A DNA stretch of 64,000 nucleotides from an uncultured Planctomycetota bacterium (GTDB taxonomy: Bacteria; Planctomycetota; PLA2; JAEUHO01): positions 192,001 to 256,000 of the forward strand of contig CAVVXN010000003.1 of assembly GCA_963752285.1 (NCBI GenBank), in the 5' to 3' direction. The notes beneath the pieces were generated by a model. That model was not told the DNA's origin. It ran no database searches and saw only the letters and a list, made by a program, of their open reading frames with translations. The position numbers and the translations under genes were made by a program. Below are positions 62,154 through 64,000 of the stretch, piece by piece; within the stretch, counting starts at the first letter, position 1; each line of letters begins with the position of its first letter.

Positions 62154-62927
62154 ATGCCCTCGCCGCCCCCCGTGGACCTCGCGCGGCCGATTCTCGGTCA
62201 GGTCGCCCGACTCGGCGACGCGTACGACGCGTGGGTGCACCGGTCGATCAAGCCGAAGCAGGGGATCCGGATCTTCCGGCGCGACGTGCTCGAGGCCCTG
62301 ACGCACACCCCGTGGTGGCTCGTCCCGGTCGTGTGGGGCCCGATCTTCCTGGGCCTGTTCGTGGCGGCCCTCCGTCTTGGGCTCGGCGGCTCGACCGTGC
62401 TCGCCCTCGTCGTGCTCGGCCTCTTCCTGTGGACGTTCCTCGAGTACGCGCTCCACCGGTGCGTCTTCCACTACCGGCCGCAGTCCGCGTTCGGCCGCCG
62501 CGTGCACTTTCTCGCGCACGGCATCCACCACCTCGACCCCTGGGACCGCACGCGCCTCGTCTTCCCGCCGCTCCTGGCCCTGGCGATCGCGCTCCCGGTC
62601 TTCGGCCTGATCTGGGCCGTGTGCCTGATCTTCCAGGCCGTGCTCCCGTTCGCGACCGCGGTCGCCACGATGGCGGGGCTGATCCTCGGCTACGTCGTCT
62701 ACGACCTCACGCACTACGCGATGCACCACAAGCGGGCGACGACGCGCTGGGGGAAGTTCCTCAAGGCCTATCACCTGACCCACCACCACAAGCATCCCGA
62801 CCGGATGTTCGGGGTGAGTCAGCCGTTGTGGGACCTCGTCTTCGGCTCCGGGCGTCCCGAGCCCGCCACCGGCGACTGCCGCGCGCGAGAGGGGGCCGCC
62901 CGCGCGTCGCCCGACGCGACGCCATAG
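62154..62927 (+). CDS. Fatty acid hydroxylase / sterol desaturase family (FA2H-like)
   Basis: EYALHRCVFH, HGIHH, RLVFPP, YDLTHYAMHH, YHLTHHH, FGVSQPLWD. Confidence 0.92.
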   Translation: MPSPPPVDLARPILGQVARLGDAYDAWVHRSIKPKQGIRIFRRDVLEALTHTPWWLVPVVWGPIFLGLFVAALRLGLGGSTVLALVVLGLFLWTFLEYALHRCVFHYRPQSAFGRRVHFLAHGIHHLDPWDRTRLVFPPLLALAIALPVFGLIWAVCLIFQAVLPFATAVATMAGLILGYVVYDLTHYAMHHKRATTRWGKFLKAYHLTHHHKHPDRMFGVSQPLWDLVFGSGRPEPATGDCRAREGAARASPDATP

Positions 62928-64000
62928 CGCCTTCGCCCCGGGGAGGCCGGCGACCGCCCCCCGGAGCGCGTGCGGCGCCCAGCCGCAGAAGAGCGCCGCG
63001 GGCCGAAGAGGGTGGAGGGTCGCGCGGTTCACCCAGGTCCGTTCCATCGCCCAGAGGTCGTGCCACGGCATGTCGGTGATGCAGTCGATCACGTCCACGT
63101 CGCCGTCCTCGGACGCCCGGCGCACGACCTCGTCGAGGAGCACGTGCCCCGGGGAGAGACGGGCCCGGGTCTCGTCGTACGCGATCCGAACCAGGACCAG
63201 GCTCCGCCCCACGTGGACGCCGAGGTGGATCGCCGAGAGGCGTCCCTCCATCTCCAGTAGGTTCCAGCGGAGCCAGCCCCGCGCGTGGAGCCGGCCCACG
63301 AGCGCACGGTAGAACCGGAGCCCGGAGTCGCTCGACCGGACGGGATCTCCGTGCTCTCCCTTCCAGCCCGCGGCCTCGAGCTCCAGGAAGGCGTCGAGCC
63401 GTGCCGGGTCGGCCGCGGCGCCCCCCTCGATGACGAACCGGACGCCCCGGAGGCGTTCGACCCGGTTCCTCGCCTTCTTCAGGTTCCGGCGGAAGTTCGG
63501 GGAGAGACGGGCGCGGACGGCCTCGTGCCCCCGCCGCACGTCGAGGTAGCGCGCCGCGAGGTCCGTCTCGCTTCGTGCGACGAGGCCCGTCAGGCTCGGG
63601 AGCGCGGTCCCGGTCGGCGCGCCCCGGCGGATCCCCCCCAGCCGGATCCCGACCGCGCCCCGCGCCACCGCGAAGGCGGCTCGGGCGAGAGCCTGGAGGG
63701 CCTCCGGGGCGTGTCCGGGGTCGAGGAGGGCGTTCCCCTCGTTCGTGTAGAAGTCCGCGGGCACGCGCAGCCAGGGGCGCCTCTTCCCGAGGAGCCGGTG
63801 GGGGGTCTCGACCACGGGCAGGACCCCGACCAGCCGCTCCCGGTCGAAGGCGAGGTAGACCCGCCAGGGGCGGTCCCGCTCGAGCTTCTGGGCCAGGTAG
63901 GAAGCGGTCCAGGCGTGGCTGGCGAGGGGGAGGCCCGTCGGCGCCGGGACCGTGGCCGCGAGACCGTCCCACGCCGCGGCGTGCGGCTCCAGGCCGTCGA
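62900..64000 (-). CDS. CelD/BcsL-like GNAT acetyltransferase (5' end outside window, 3' end unclear)
   Basis: NFRRNLKKARNR, LELEAAGWKG, AYDE..ARLSPGHVL. Confidence 0.8.

Overview
High-GC bacterial chromosome segment, most likely Planctomycetota (DUF1501 plus DUF1549/DUF1553 pair, YdjY protein, degenerate secretin-like proteins, mcsA/mcsB). About 46 credible genes; most long Arg/Pro-rich ORFs in the track are shadow frames. Housekeeping genes include lnt, a DEAD-box helicase, dtd, thiE, ino1, clpC, trpS, gnd-zwf-pgl, mcsB-mcsA and murD. At least four genes carry single-base frameshifts (clpC has two), probably consensus errors. The most unusual region is 43.3-53.5 kb. It holds two tandem, equal-length (4575 nt) giant lipoprotein genes, each with Ig-like repeats and a Tyr/Ser-rich propeller-like region, related by mosaic identity. 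The second, Cys-poorer copy is preceded by two Fur-family-like boxes. The pair is followed by an orphan T4 gp19-like tail-tube gene carrying an export signal peptide, with no sheath, baseplate or other phage gene in the window. This suggests an undescribed exported tube or surface-appendage system (hypothesis). No rRNA, tRNA, CRISPR array or transposase was recognised. All family assignments come from motif recognition by eye, not database searches.
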